A stretch of 24,000 nucleotides of DNA, taken from positions 22,945 to 46,944 of the forward strand of contig CALJLN010000010.1 of the NCBI GenBank assembly GCA_937982565.1, given 5' to 3'. The position numbers were made by a program, and so were the translations under genes. A model generated the notes under the pieces. The model did not search any database and was not told where the DNA came from. It saw only the letters and a program-made list of their open reading frames with translations. This DNA is from an uncultured Phycisphaerales bacterium. Its GTDB lineage: Bacteria; Planctomycetota; Phycisphaerae; Tepidisphaerales; Tepidisphaeraceae. Numbering within the stretch: position 1 is the first letter of the stretch; every line of letters begins with the position of its first letter. This document shows, in pieces, positions 6,779 to 14,819 of the stretch.

Positions 6779-7693
6779 ATGGACGAACCCGAACCCGAAC
6801 ACGGTCACGAGTCAGTGATGCTCGCCGAGACGATCGAGGCACTGGCCGTTCGACCCGGCGCGGTTGTGGTCGATTGCACCGTCGGTCGCGGAGGCCACTC
6901 AGTTGCGGTCGCTGCGGCACTCGGCCCGGAAGGGAAACTCATCGGGCTGGACGCCGATCCCCGAAACATTGAGTACGCCCGTACCCGGCTGCAAACCGCC
7001 GGCTGCCCTGTGCACCTTTTCAATGCCAACTTTTCCGAGTTAGACCTCGTTCTGAGGGAAGTCGGCATCCCTCAAGTCGATGCCCTGCTTGCGGACCTGG
7101 GATTGAGCACTAACCAGTTCCTTACGCCGGACTACGGCATGAGTTTCAGTGAACAGGGGCCGCTGGACATGCGCATCGATCCCCGCACTCGGCTCACTGC
7201 GAGCCAGATTGTCAATCGCTTTGGCGAACGAGAACTGGCCGATCTGCTTTATCACCTCAGTGATGAACGATTTTCTCGACGAATTGCAAGAAAGATTGTC
7301 GAAGCGCGTAAAGTTTCGCCGATCAAAAGTACGAGCGATCTAGCCGAGCTTGTCAGGTCGGCTGTTCCCTCAACTGGCGCAGGACGCGCCGGCACCCGGA
7401 TCGATCCGGCCACCCGCACTTTCATGGCTCTCCGAATGAAAGTGAACGAGGAAGTGGAAAATCTCTCCAGACTGCTTGAAGTCGCCCCTGGGCACCTCAA
7501 GCCCGGCGGGAGGATGGCGGTCATCAGCTTCCACAGTGTGGAAGACCGGGCGGTGAAGCAGGCGTTTCGGTTTGCGGAGCAGACCGGGCTTCTCAAGGTT
7601 GTGACGAAAAAGCCCCTCTCGCCCTCCGACCTCGAAACTGCAAGAAATCCACGAGCACGCTCTGCGAAGCTGCGCGTGGCTGAAAAAACTTAA
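6779..7693 (+). CDS. rsmH: 16S rRNA (cytosine1402-N4)-methyltransferase RsmH (MraW)
   Basis: Motifs present: HESVMLAETIEAL, VDCTVGRGGHS, LADLGLSTNQ, GPLDMRI, ISFHSVEDR and ARSAKLRVAEK. The frame is open from 6146, but homology-like sequence and the G/C third-position bias only begin near the ATG at 6779 (MDEPEPEHGHESVML). The start is therefore uncertain. Confidence 0.85.
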   Translation: MDEPEPEHGHESVMLAETIEALAVRPGAVVVDCTVGRGGHSVAVAAALGPEGKLIGLDADPRNIEYARTRLQTAGCPVHLFNANFSELDLVLREVGIPQVDALLADLGLSTNQFLTPDYGMSFSEQGPLDMRIDPRTRLTASQIVNRFGERELADLLYHLSDERFSRRIARKIVEARKVSPIKSTSDLAELVRSAVPSTGAGRAGTRIDPATRTFMALRMKVNEEVENLSRLLEVAPGHLKPGGRMAVISFHSVEDRAVKQAFRFAEQTGLLKVVTKKPLSPSDLETARNPRARSAKLRVAEKT

Positions 7694-7697
7694 CTTC

Positions 7698-7774
7698 CTG
7701 GTTGCTAGGCGCTGGTTGCTAGCAATCAGTGCTGGGTCTCAACCAGCAACAGGCAGCCAGCAACGAGCAACTGG
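7698..7774 (+). repeat. Intergenic cluster of direct and inverted repeats (CTGGTTGCTAG x2, CCAGCAAC x2)
   Basis: CTGGTTGCTAG occurs at 7698-7708 and 7712-7722. The near-complementary CAACCAG/CCAGCAAC occurs at 7740-7750 and 7757-7764, with GCAACTGG at 7767-7774. This allows a long interrupted hairpin or alternative pairings. It fills most of the 89-bp gap between the rsmH stop (7693) and the LysM-gene ATG (7783). No T-tract follows. Confidence 0.6.
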
Positions 7775-7782
7775 ACTGACAC

Positions 7783-8841
7783 ATGACGCGCGAAACCAAG
7801 ATCGGATTGCTGGTCGGACTGGCATTTATCATCGTCATCGGAATCCTGCTTTCCGACCACCTCACCAGCAGCACCGAACCCCCGGCGGCGCCGATTTCGG
7901 GGGCTGGAGCAGTGGTCCGCTCGGCGGTCAACACACCAGTTCATTCGCAGCAGCCGATGCCGCAAGCCGCGGCCCCGCAGGTGCAGATTCGCCAGCCGGT
8001 TCGCGCCGCAGAGGAGTTTCAACCGCGCCCGCAACCGGTCAAGGTCGTCTCCATTGATTCCCCGGTCCAACAGGAACCAGTCTCGATTACTTCCCCTGAC
8101 ACCAACCCAGGTGCGACGTACGTCCAGCACACACCAGACACCTCATCGAACAACCGATCGACAAGGGATTTCAGCCATCCTGATCAATCAACATTCCACC
8201 AATCCGCGGAAGCGCGCGATGAGCCAGTCAATACTACCGGATCCACAACCCAGATTCCGAACAGTGATCCGGTTCTCGCCCGACTCAACGCCGAAGCTGC
8301 GCGGCTGGGTGAATCGGTGGTTCCAGTGAGCAACACAGCATCCGCTCCGCAGCCCGCTGGCATGACTAAGTACAAGGTCCAAGCCGGTGACTCGCTGTCA
8401 AAGATCGCCAGCAAAGTGTATGGCACGAGCAACCAGGCGGCCATCGCGGCGATCGTCGAAGCCAACCCAAGCCTGAAGGCCAATCCCAACCTCGTTATTG
8501 AAGGTCGCACGTACAACATGCCCGTCCTGTCGACAGCCGGGACCACGGCGGCAGGTCGCGCGGGTACCGAGCGCATTGCCGCCGACCGTTTAACGCCCCC
8601 AACCGGGACACTCGTACCAGCGCCACAGGCGAGCTCCAACAATGCAAGTGCTGATTCTCGCTCGACTTACACTGTAGTAGATGGCGACAACCTCACTCGT
8701 ATTGCACGAGAACAGTGCGGCACCGACGACGCAGTAGCGGCCATCAAGGAACTCAATCGAGATCTGCTCAAAGGCGGCGATGTGATCCGTCCTGGCATGA
8801 AGCTCCGTCTGCCCGCGAAATCGGTCGCGGTGAGTCAGTGA
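7783..8841 (+). CDS. Bitopic membrane protein with a Pro/Gln-rich linker and two C-terminal LysM peptidoglycan-binding domains
   Basis: The layout is a short N-terminal tail (MTRETK), a TM helix (IGLLVGLAFIIVIGILL), a ~170-aa low-complexity P/Q/S/T-rich linker, then two LysM domains. LysM-1 is YKVQAGDSLSKIASKVYG...NPNLVIEGRTYNMP (nt ~8371-8523). LysM-2 is YTVVDGDNLTRIAREQCG...GDVIRPGMKLRLP (nt ~8668-8814). Confidence 0.8.
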   Translation: MTRETKIGLLVGLAFIIVIGILLSDHLTSSTEPPAAPISGAGAVVRSAVNTPVHSQQPMPQAAAPQVQIRQPVRAAEEFQPRPQPVKVVSIDSPVQQEPVSITSPDTNPGATYVQHTPDTSSNNRSTRDFSHPDQSTFHQSAEARDEPVNTTGSTTQIPNSDPVLARLNAEAARLGESVVPVSNTASAPQPAGMTKYKVQAGDSLSKIASKVYGTSNQAAIAAIVEANPSLKANPNLVIEGRTYNMPVLSTAGTTAAGRAGTERIAADRLTPPTGTLVPAPQASSNNASADSRSTYTVVDGDNLTRIAREQCGTDDAVAAIKELNRDLLKGGDVIRPGMKLRLPAKSVAVSQ

Positions 8842-8872
8842 ACCGAAGAGGCCGTGTTGCGGGATGATGGCT

Positions 8873-8894
8873 GGAGAGCGCTCATTCGCTCTCC
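8873..8894 (+). other. Perfect 8-bp hairpin upstream of the ftsL-like gene
   Basis: GGAGAGCG (8873-8880), loop ctcatt, CGCTCTCC (8887-8894), 19 nt before the ATG at 8913. Only a weak, displaced T-run (attttg) follows. Function unknown. Confidence 0.3.
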
Positions 8895-8912
8895 ACCTCT
8901 CATGGTATTTTG

Positions 8913-9167
8913 ATGCTCAAGCTCCTGCTCACACTCTTCTTCGCGACCATCATCGGCGCAGTCCTGCTGCACCTCCGCCAGCAGCGGCTGGAAGTTAACT
9001 ACCAGAGCAACCAGTTGCATCGAAAAATCGAGGCGGCCCAGGCCAAGCTGTGGAACCAGCAACTGCAAATCGCCACATACACAGCACCCAATGCCGTGTT
9101 TCAAACGGTAAACTCCGAAGCATTAAAGATGGTGCCCCGCAACCCCGCCCCGTCACCGCGAGAGTAG
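8913..9167 (+). CDS. ftsL: FtsL-like small bitopic division protein
   Basis: 84 aa with an N-terminal TM helix (LKLLLTLFFATIIGAVLL), a heptad-like coiled-coil segment (RQQRLEVNYQSNQLHRKIEAAQAKLWNQQLQIA) and an FtsL-type tail (EALKMVP). It holds the canonical position immediately upstream of ftsI. The ORF opens at TTG 8910; the ATG is at 8913. Confidence 0.65.
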   Translation: MLKLLLTLFFATIIGAVLLHLRQQRLEVNYQSNQLHRKIEAAQAKLWNQQLQIATYTAPNAVFQTVNSEALKMVPRNPAPSPRE

Positions 9168-9194
9168 TGGTCTCGCAAGTCCCGCCACCAAGCC

Positions 9195-11132
9195 GTGCAA
9201 CCGCGAAACCTGCGGCGCAACGCACAGACCTGTCCATTGGTCTCAAGCTTTTTCATTCATTCGCTCTCATTCAGCCGATACTTATCGGACGTGACTCCGT
9301 ACCCCCCTACCTTCAACGCTCGCTTTGCCATGGTGATCTTCTCGGCAATTGGTCTCGCGTTCACCAGCCTGCTTGGCCGGGTCGTTTTTCTGCAGACCAT
9401 CGGGCGCGAGCGGACCGTTCTCCAAGCCGACCGGCAACAGCACTACACCGAAACCCTTCATGCCCGGCGCGGGAGCATCTTTGATCGTAACGGCCTGCTG
9501 ATGGCGGGAACGGTACAGAAGAAATCGCTGTTTGTTGATCCCAAGTTCATGCTAGAGGTGTTTCAGGAAGACGGCAAAACGCTTGTCGACCTCGATCGCG
9601 AGATCGGCAAACTTGCCAGCCTCCTCGATAAAGACCCGCTGGAAATTTCGCAGATAATCGGGGATCGGGCGCAGAGCCGCTATGTGAAAGTGGCCGAGCT
9701 CCTCGATGACTATGTGGTCGATGCTGTGCTCAAGCTCAACCTTCCGGGTGTGGTGCTGGAACCCGTCGATGTCCGTGAGTATCCGATGGGTTCACTCGCG
9801 GCGCATATCCTCGGCGGCGTGCAGAAGGACAACATCGGGCTGGAAGGCGTCGAACTGCAGTTCGAGAAACTGCTTCGCGGCAAGGATGGCTTCAAGCGAA
9901 GCCTTAAAGATGCCCGCCGCCGAACCATCGCAACCGCGGCGGAGGACTATGTTCCGCCGGTGAATGGCAACCATGTGGTTCTGACGATCGATAGCAATAT
10001 CCAGATGATCACCGAGCAGGAACTGGCGCGCACTTGCGAACAGTTCCGCGTGCGCGCCGGCGAGGCGATTGTGATGGATCCGCACACCGGCGACATTCTC
10101 GCCCTTGCCAATTGGCCAACATTCAACCCGGCCAACATCGAAGACACCGCGGCCGTCCCTGAGCTCCGCCGTAATCGCGCTCTAACAGACCCTTATGAAC
10201 CAGGCTCGACCATCAAGCCATTCATCGTCGGCCCGATGCTATCTGGGCAGCTCGCCAAGCCCACGGACATGTTTCAGATTCCTGGCCCCTATAAATCCCC
10301 CTTGCGCGCCAAGCTTGTGACCGACATCCACTACTATGGCCAACTACCGCTGTGGGATGTGGTAGTGAAGTCCAGCAATATCGGCATGGTGAAGCTAGCC
10401 GAGCGCGTGGGCAGCAAATCGCTGTTCGAAGCGTTGCAGCAGTTTCGTTTCGGGAAGATGACTGGGATTGATCTCCCCGGGGAGAATGGAGGGTTGGTCA
10501 ACCCTCTTAGGCGGTGGACGCGCCCAAGTCCGGTAAGCATCGCTATGGGCTACGAGATGATGCTCACTCCGCTGCAGCTCACTCGTGCGGTTTGCGCCTA
10601 TGCCAACGGCGGGTGGCTTGTGCAGCCGCAGGTGATGCACGGGCTTCTGACTCCCGAAGGGCAAATCGATCCTTCGCTAAAGAAAAGTGCGATCCGGACG
10701 CGCGCCATTGATGAACCGACATCACAGCTCATTCGGCGCATCATGTGTGACGTTGTGTATCGTGGCACCGGCCAAAAGGCGCTTAGCCGTCGGTGGAACC
10801 TCTTTGGAAAGACCGGAACGGCGCACACGGCGACCAATGGGGTTTACAACGAGGACAACTACACCAGTTCGTTTGTGGGCGGCGGGCCATTTGAGAACCC
10901 CCGGGTGGTGGTCGCGGTGATTCTGCATGACCCGGACAAATCTCTGGCCCACTACGGGGGCACGGTGTCGGCCCCCGCGGCGGGCCAGATCCTCGATCGC
11001 ACGCTGAGCTACCTGCAGGTGCCCGATTCGCCCCAGCTAGATGCACCGCCAGCATCGGTCATGCCGGTATTGCATGCGTTCGATCCGCGCGTCTACGACC
11101 GCCAAATGCGCACCGCATCCACTCGCGACTAA
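9195..11132 (+). CDS. ftsI: Class B penicillin-binding protein / peptidoglycan D,D-transpeptidase (FtsI-type)
   Basis: It has an N-terminal TM anchor (FAMVIFSAIGLAFTSLLGRVVFLQ), a PBP dimerisation-like region and the transpeptidase triad STIKP (SxxK), SSN (SxN) and KTGTA (KTG). The start is ambiguous: GTG 9195, TTG 9237, GTG 9291 and ATG 9330 are all in frame. Confidence 0.85.
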   Translation: MQPRNLRRNAQTCPLVSSFFIHSLSFSRYLSDVTPYPPTFNARFAMVIFSAIGLAFTSLLGRVVFLQTIGRERTVLQADRQQHYTETLHARRGSIFDRNGLLMAGTVQKKSLFVDPKFMLEVFQEDGKTLVDLDREIGKLASLLDKDPLEISQIIGDRAQSRYVKVAELLDDYVVDAVLKLNLPGVVLEPVDVREYPMGSLAAHILGGVQKDNIGLEGVELQFEKLLRGKDGFKRSLKDARRRTIATAAEDYVPPVNGNHVVLTIDSNIQMITEQELARTCEQFRVRAGEAIVMDPHTGDILALANWPTFNPANIEDTAAVPELRRNRALTDPYEPGSTIKPFIVGPMLSGQLAKPTDMFQIPGPYKSPLRAKLVTDIHYYGQLPLWDVVVKSSNIGMVKLAERVGSKSLFEALQQFRFGKMTGIDLPGENGGLVNPLRRWTRPSPVSIAMGYEMMLTPLQLTRAVCAYANGGWLVQPQVMHGLLTPEGQIDPSLKKSAIRTRAIDEPTSQLIRRIMCDVVYRGTGQKALSRRWNLFGKTGTAHTATNGVYNEDNYTSSFVGGGPFENPRVVVAVILHDPDKSLAHYGGTVSAPAAGQILDRTLSYLQVPDSPQLDAPPASVMPVLHAFDPRVYDRQMRTASTRD

Positions 11133-11234
11133 GCTCGCGTACAGCAATGCCATCGCAATTTTTGCTGCGGCCCAACAATCCCCCTCGCTTTTCCTCCGCT
11201 GGCTCATACGATTGACTTGTACGGAGGAACAACC

Positions 11235-12371
11235 ATGAGCAATCAATCTGCCAACAGCGCATCGCCCGAGAAACCAGCCTTCTCTCCCGGTTTGGCAGGC
11301 GTGATAGCCGGCGAGTCGGCAATCTGTCATGTGGATGAACAGGCCGGCCTCGGCTACCGCGGCTACGATGTGCACGATCTGACCGAGCACACCGCCTATG
11401 AACAAGTGGCGTATCTCCTCATCTATGGTGATCTGCCCAACGATGCTCAACTGAAGGGGTTCAGGGATTCGCTTGTTTCCGAAGCATCTCTGCCGGGCGA
11501 TGTCGAGAAAATTCTCCGCCTGCTCCCCAAGACGATGCACCCGATGGACTTCATGCGCACCGGAATCAGCGCGCTCGCCGGATTTGATCCAGAGCTGAAT
11601 GATGCATCGCTCGAAGCGAATCGGCGCAAGGCCGTGCGAATCCTGGCAAAGATGAACGTTCTCGCCGCTGCGGGTGCGCGAGTGAGAAAGGGAGAGGCGA
11701 TCCTGCTCCCCAAACCCAATCTTTCCCACGCAGCCAATTTTCTGTACATGCTCAGCGGGGAAGAACCCGAAGCGTACAAGGTGAAGGCGATCGACATCCT
11801 CTACATTCTGTACGCCGAGCATGAGTTCAACGCATCGACATTCGCCGCGCGCGTTACAGTCAGTACGCTCAGCGACATGTACGCCGGCTGTTGCAGCGCG
11901 CTGGCAACCCTCAAGGGTCCGCTCCACGGGGGCGCCAATGAGGAGGCAATGGGAGTGCTGGAAGAGATTGGCTCGGTTGAAGGTGTGGCTGACTGGGTAA
12001 AAGACAAGCTGGCCCACCGCGCCAAGGTCATGGGCTTCGGGCACCGGGTGTACAAGAACGGTGACAGCCGGGTCGCGCCGATGCGCAAGGTGGCTACAGA
12101 GATTGAGAACCGGCTGGGCGAAAAAAAATGGGTGGCCATCTGCATGGAACTCGAGCGCGTGATGGAGAAGGAAAAGAAGCTCTTTGCCAATGCTGATCTC
12201 TACGCCGCGCCGATCTTCAACATGCTGAAGATCCCCGTCGACCTGAACACCCCGATGTTTGCCGCATCGCGATGCGCAGGCTGGGGGGCACATGTGACCG
12301 AGCAACTGGCCAATAACCGAATCATCCGCCCACGGTCGCTGTATAGCGGGCCGGCGTTGCGCCGAGTGTGA
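11235..12371 (+). CDS. gltA: Citrate synthase (short, ~380-aa type; 2-methylcitrate synthase not excluded)
   Basis: The citrate synthase signature GFGHRVYKNGDSR is present, along with LHGGANE and GLAGVIAGESAICHVD. A GGAGGA Shine-Dalgarno (11223-11228) precedes the ATG at 11235. The ORF track opens at TTG 11217. Confidence 0.85.
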   Translation: MSNQSANSASPEKPAFSPGLAGVIAGESAICHVDEQAGLGYRGYDVHDLTEHTAYEQVAYLLIYGDLPNDAQLKGFRDSLVSEASLPGDVEKILRLLPKTMHPMDFMRTGISALAGFDPELNDASLEANRRKAVRILAKMNVLAAAGARVRKGEAILLPKPNLSHAANFLYMLSGEEPEAYKVKAIDILYILYAEHEFNASTFAARVTVSTLSDMYAGCCSALATLKGPLHGGANEEAMGVLEEIGSVEGVADWVKDKLAHRAKVMGFGHRVYKNGDSRVAPMRKVATEIENRLGEKKWVAICMELERVMEKEKKLFANADLYAAPIFNMLKIPVDLNTPMFAASRCAGWGAHVTEQLANNRIIRPRSLYSGPALRRV

Positions 12372-12417
12372 GGTTTTCTGGTGTCGCGCTGAAGCGCCGG
12401 TTCGCCACGACGGCGCA

Positions 12418-14619
12418 TCAGATCTTGGCGCCGGCAAGTTGCAGTTTCAGCAGCAAAACCGCCGCCGACAGTTGTGGGTCGACGTCGAGAGCACTCTTCT
12501 TCGCTGCGGCGACAATCTCATCAGTCGGAGCGATGGGTAATGCATCGCGCAGCACATCCTGCTGCTGGCGCGCCTCGATCGCGTCGGTCATCTGCTTGCT
12601 GGTCATGGTGACCGTCACATCCGGCTCGACGCCCCATTTATCACTGTTTTCTTCCCTGTGAATACACTCACCGTTGGGCAGATAGTAGTGGCTGGTGGTG
12701 AGCTTGAGATAAGCCATGCGCCCGTCGACGTTAAACAACATTTGGACGCTTCCCTTCCCGAACGTGCGCTCGCCCACCACAATCGCGCGCGTCTGATCGC
12801 GCAGCGCGCCGGACACAATCTCGCTCGCCGAGGCACTGTACTGGTTCACAAGCACCACCAGGGGGAGCTTAACATCGTCGGCATCGGCACGAGCGTGAGT
12901 CACTTGCTCATCTTCAGGGCGCCGGTCACTTTTTGTGCTGACGATCCGCCCGCCGGACAGAAAACGGTCGCTCACTTCTGTCGCGGCATTGAGGAGCCCG
13001 CCGGGGTTGTATCGCAAGTCAAGAATCATGGCCTTCGCGCCGGCCTTCTGCATTTCCTTTAATGCAGTATCGAGTTCCTTGGTGGTCGATTTTGTGAAAT
13101 TGGTCATGCGGGTGTAACCGATCCCGCTGTCCTGGTCGATCAGGTAATCCCATCCGCCGCCGGGCTTGCGAAACCAGCCCTTAATGCTCGCGACCATGAT
13201 CTTCTGTCGCTTGATCTGGTAATCCTGACTCGTACCGTCGCCAGCACTGCGAACAGTCAGTTTTACAGTAGTGCCTTCAGGCCCTGTGATGTTCTTGACG
13301 GCTTGGTTGATGGTGATGCCTTTGGCATTCTTGCCATTGATGTGCGTGATCACATCGCCAGCTTTAATGCCGGCTCGATATGCGGGCGTGTCTTCAATCG
13401 GGCTGACCACCTTCAGCCCACCTTGCTCATCGATATCAATCTGAATGCCAATGCCCTGAAATTCGCCTTGCGTACTCTTGTTAAACTCTTCGACATCGTA
13501 CGGCCAGATCATGTTGGTGAAGTCGTCCAGCCGCGCGAAAGCGCCGTCGGCAAACTCGGCTGTGAACACCTCTTCGGGAATCTCGAGGCTTTCGGCATTC
13601 ACTTGGTAAAGCCTGGCAATAGTGCGCGTCATCAGCGAATCATCTGTTGGCGAAGTCGATGCGTTCACCGCCGCCACGAGCTGATTGACGTTTTCGAGGA
13701 ATGCTTCGCGTTTGGCTTCATCGGCCAGCTTCGGGAAGGCCACGTCCAGGCCTGGCGTGGTCGCCAGCGCGCGCAATCCTTCCAGCCCACCGACGAGCAA
13801 ATCCTTGTAAGTCACTTCGCGCCAATAGTGCCGCCTTGCGTCACGAAGGGCGTCGCGGAGCATTTCCATCTGGATGCCCTTGACGGTGTCGCGCCAGACT
13901 ATCTTGAAGCTGTCGTTACTCTCGTCGCTGGGCTTCGTTGCCGGTTGGGTTGTCGGCTTGAGCACCTGATCGGCCGCTCGTCGCTTTTCTGCTTCAATCT
14001 CGACCACCGCCTTGAATTGCTCCGGCGCGTAGACACCCGACAGACGGATTCTACGCGTTACAAGCTTAAGCTTGTCTTTCCAAAGCCCGTTCGCTGGCTC
14101 GATGACATTCAAATATTGATAGACCCTTGATGCACCAATCCAGTTGCCGACCGCCTCATACTCCGACGCTTGATCGACACTGTTGGCGATAATTTCTCTA
14201 ACCCACGGCAACTCATGGAATGCCTGCTTGTCATCCGCGAGAAGGTAGGCTCGGCCAGCCGCATCGATCGCGAATGTCTGCTGCCCCGCGGCGAGCAGTT
14301 TGTTGACGTCGGCGACGGCCTCTTCGTACTGCTTTTTCCTCTCCGCGGCGAATTCCTGCCGCTGATTCTCAAACGCAGCGACCCATTCGCTCATTTTGAC
14401 CAGATTGGGGTCGTTGCTAACTTGGGCAGCCTTGCTGATCAACTCGCTGGTCTTCGTCCACTCGCCGGATTTGATCGCCTTGATTGCCTCGGTTTGCAGA
14501 AGCTGAGCTTCAGCCCGAGCGTCGCCGGGGATGGGGGATTCGGCCCGTGCGGCGGAGATGCCGAACGATGTGGCAGTAACTGCAGCAGAGAGAACGACAC
14601 GGGTAAGCAATCTATTCAT
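12418..14619 (-). CDS. S41-family carboxyl-terminal processing (tail-specific) peptidase with PDZ domain and a long N-terminal extension
   Basis: A signal peptide follows the internal ATG at 14619 (MNRLLTRVVLSAAVTATSFGISAARA). There is a PDZ domain (GIGIQIDIDEQGGLKVVSPIEDTPAYRAGIKAGDVITHING). The S41 core is present: LDLRYNPGG, NQYSASASEIV (Ser nucleophile) and GERTFGKGSVQ (Lys). A ~350-aa helical N-terminal region precedes the protease. Confidence 0.85.
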   Translation of the reverse strand: MNRLLTRVVLSAAVTATSFGISAARAESPIPGDARAEAQLLQTEAIKAIKSGEWTKTSELISKAAQVSNDPNLVKMSEWVAAFENQRQEFAAERKKQYEEAVADVNKLLAAGQQTFAIDAAGRAYLLADDKQAFHELPWVREIIANSVDQASEYEAVGNWIGASRVYQYLNVIEPANGLWKDKLKLVTRRIRLSGVYAPEQFKAVVEIEAEKRRAADQVLKPTTQPATKPSDESNDSFKIVWRDTVKGIQMEMLRDALRDARRHYWREVTYKDLLVGGLEGLRALATTPGLDVAFPKLADEAKREAFLENVNQLVAAVNASTSPTDDSLMTRTIARLYQVNAESLEIPEEVFTAEFADGAFARLDDFTNMIWPYDVEEFNKSTQGEFQGIGIQIDIDEQGGLKVVSPIEDTPAYRAGIKAGDVITHINGKNAKGITINQAVKNITGPEGTTVKLTVRSAGDGTSQDYQIKRQKIMVASIKGWFRKPGGGWDYLIDQDSGIGYTRMTNFTKSTTKELDTALKEMQKAGAKAMILDLRYNPGGLLNAATEVSDRFLSGGRIVSTKSDRRPEDEQVTHARADADDVKLPLVVLVNQYSASASEIVSGALRDQTRAIVVGERTFGKGSVQMLFNVDGRMAYLKLTTSHYYLPNGECIHREENSDKWGVEPDVTVTMTSKQMTDAIEARQQQDVLRDALPIAPTDEIVAAAKKSALDVDPQLSAAVLLLKLQLAGAKI

Positions 14620-14819
14620 GTCAAAACGTCCTTGCGATGGAAGCTGGTTATGAGGCTCTGCCAACAGTAATTGACCCGGACGGCACGATCAACATTCGCC
14701 AACCCAGAACCGCCGAGACTATCACTGCCGCACCTGCATTTATCGGCCGAAACAACCGCCTACTACAGTAGCAGGCCGAACAATGGTAACATGCGCCGCT
14801 TTGGCAAAAAGTTGCAACC

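Noticed and set aside
11037-12437. A 466-aa ORF on the minus strand spanning the whole citrate synthase locus
   Set aside because: This is an antisense shadow ORF. Its translation is Arg/His/Cys/Gly-rich with no recognisable motif. The plus-strand frame carries the citrate synthase signature GFGHRVYKNGDSR and a good Shine-Dalgarno sequence.
13303-14130. A 275-aa plus-strand ORF inside the S41 peptidase gene
   Set aside because: This is an antisense shadow ORF in a GC-rich gene. The minus-strand frame has PDZ and S41 catalytic motifs, and the plus-strand product has none.
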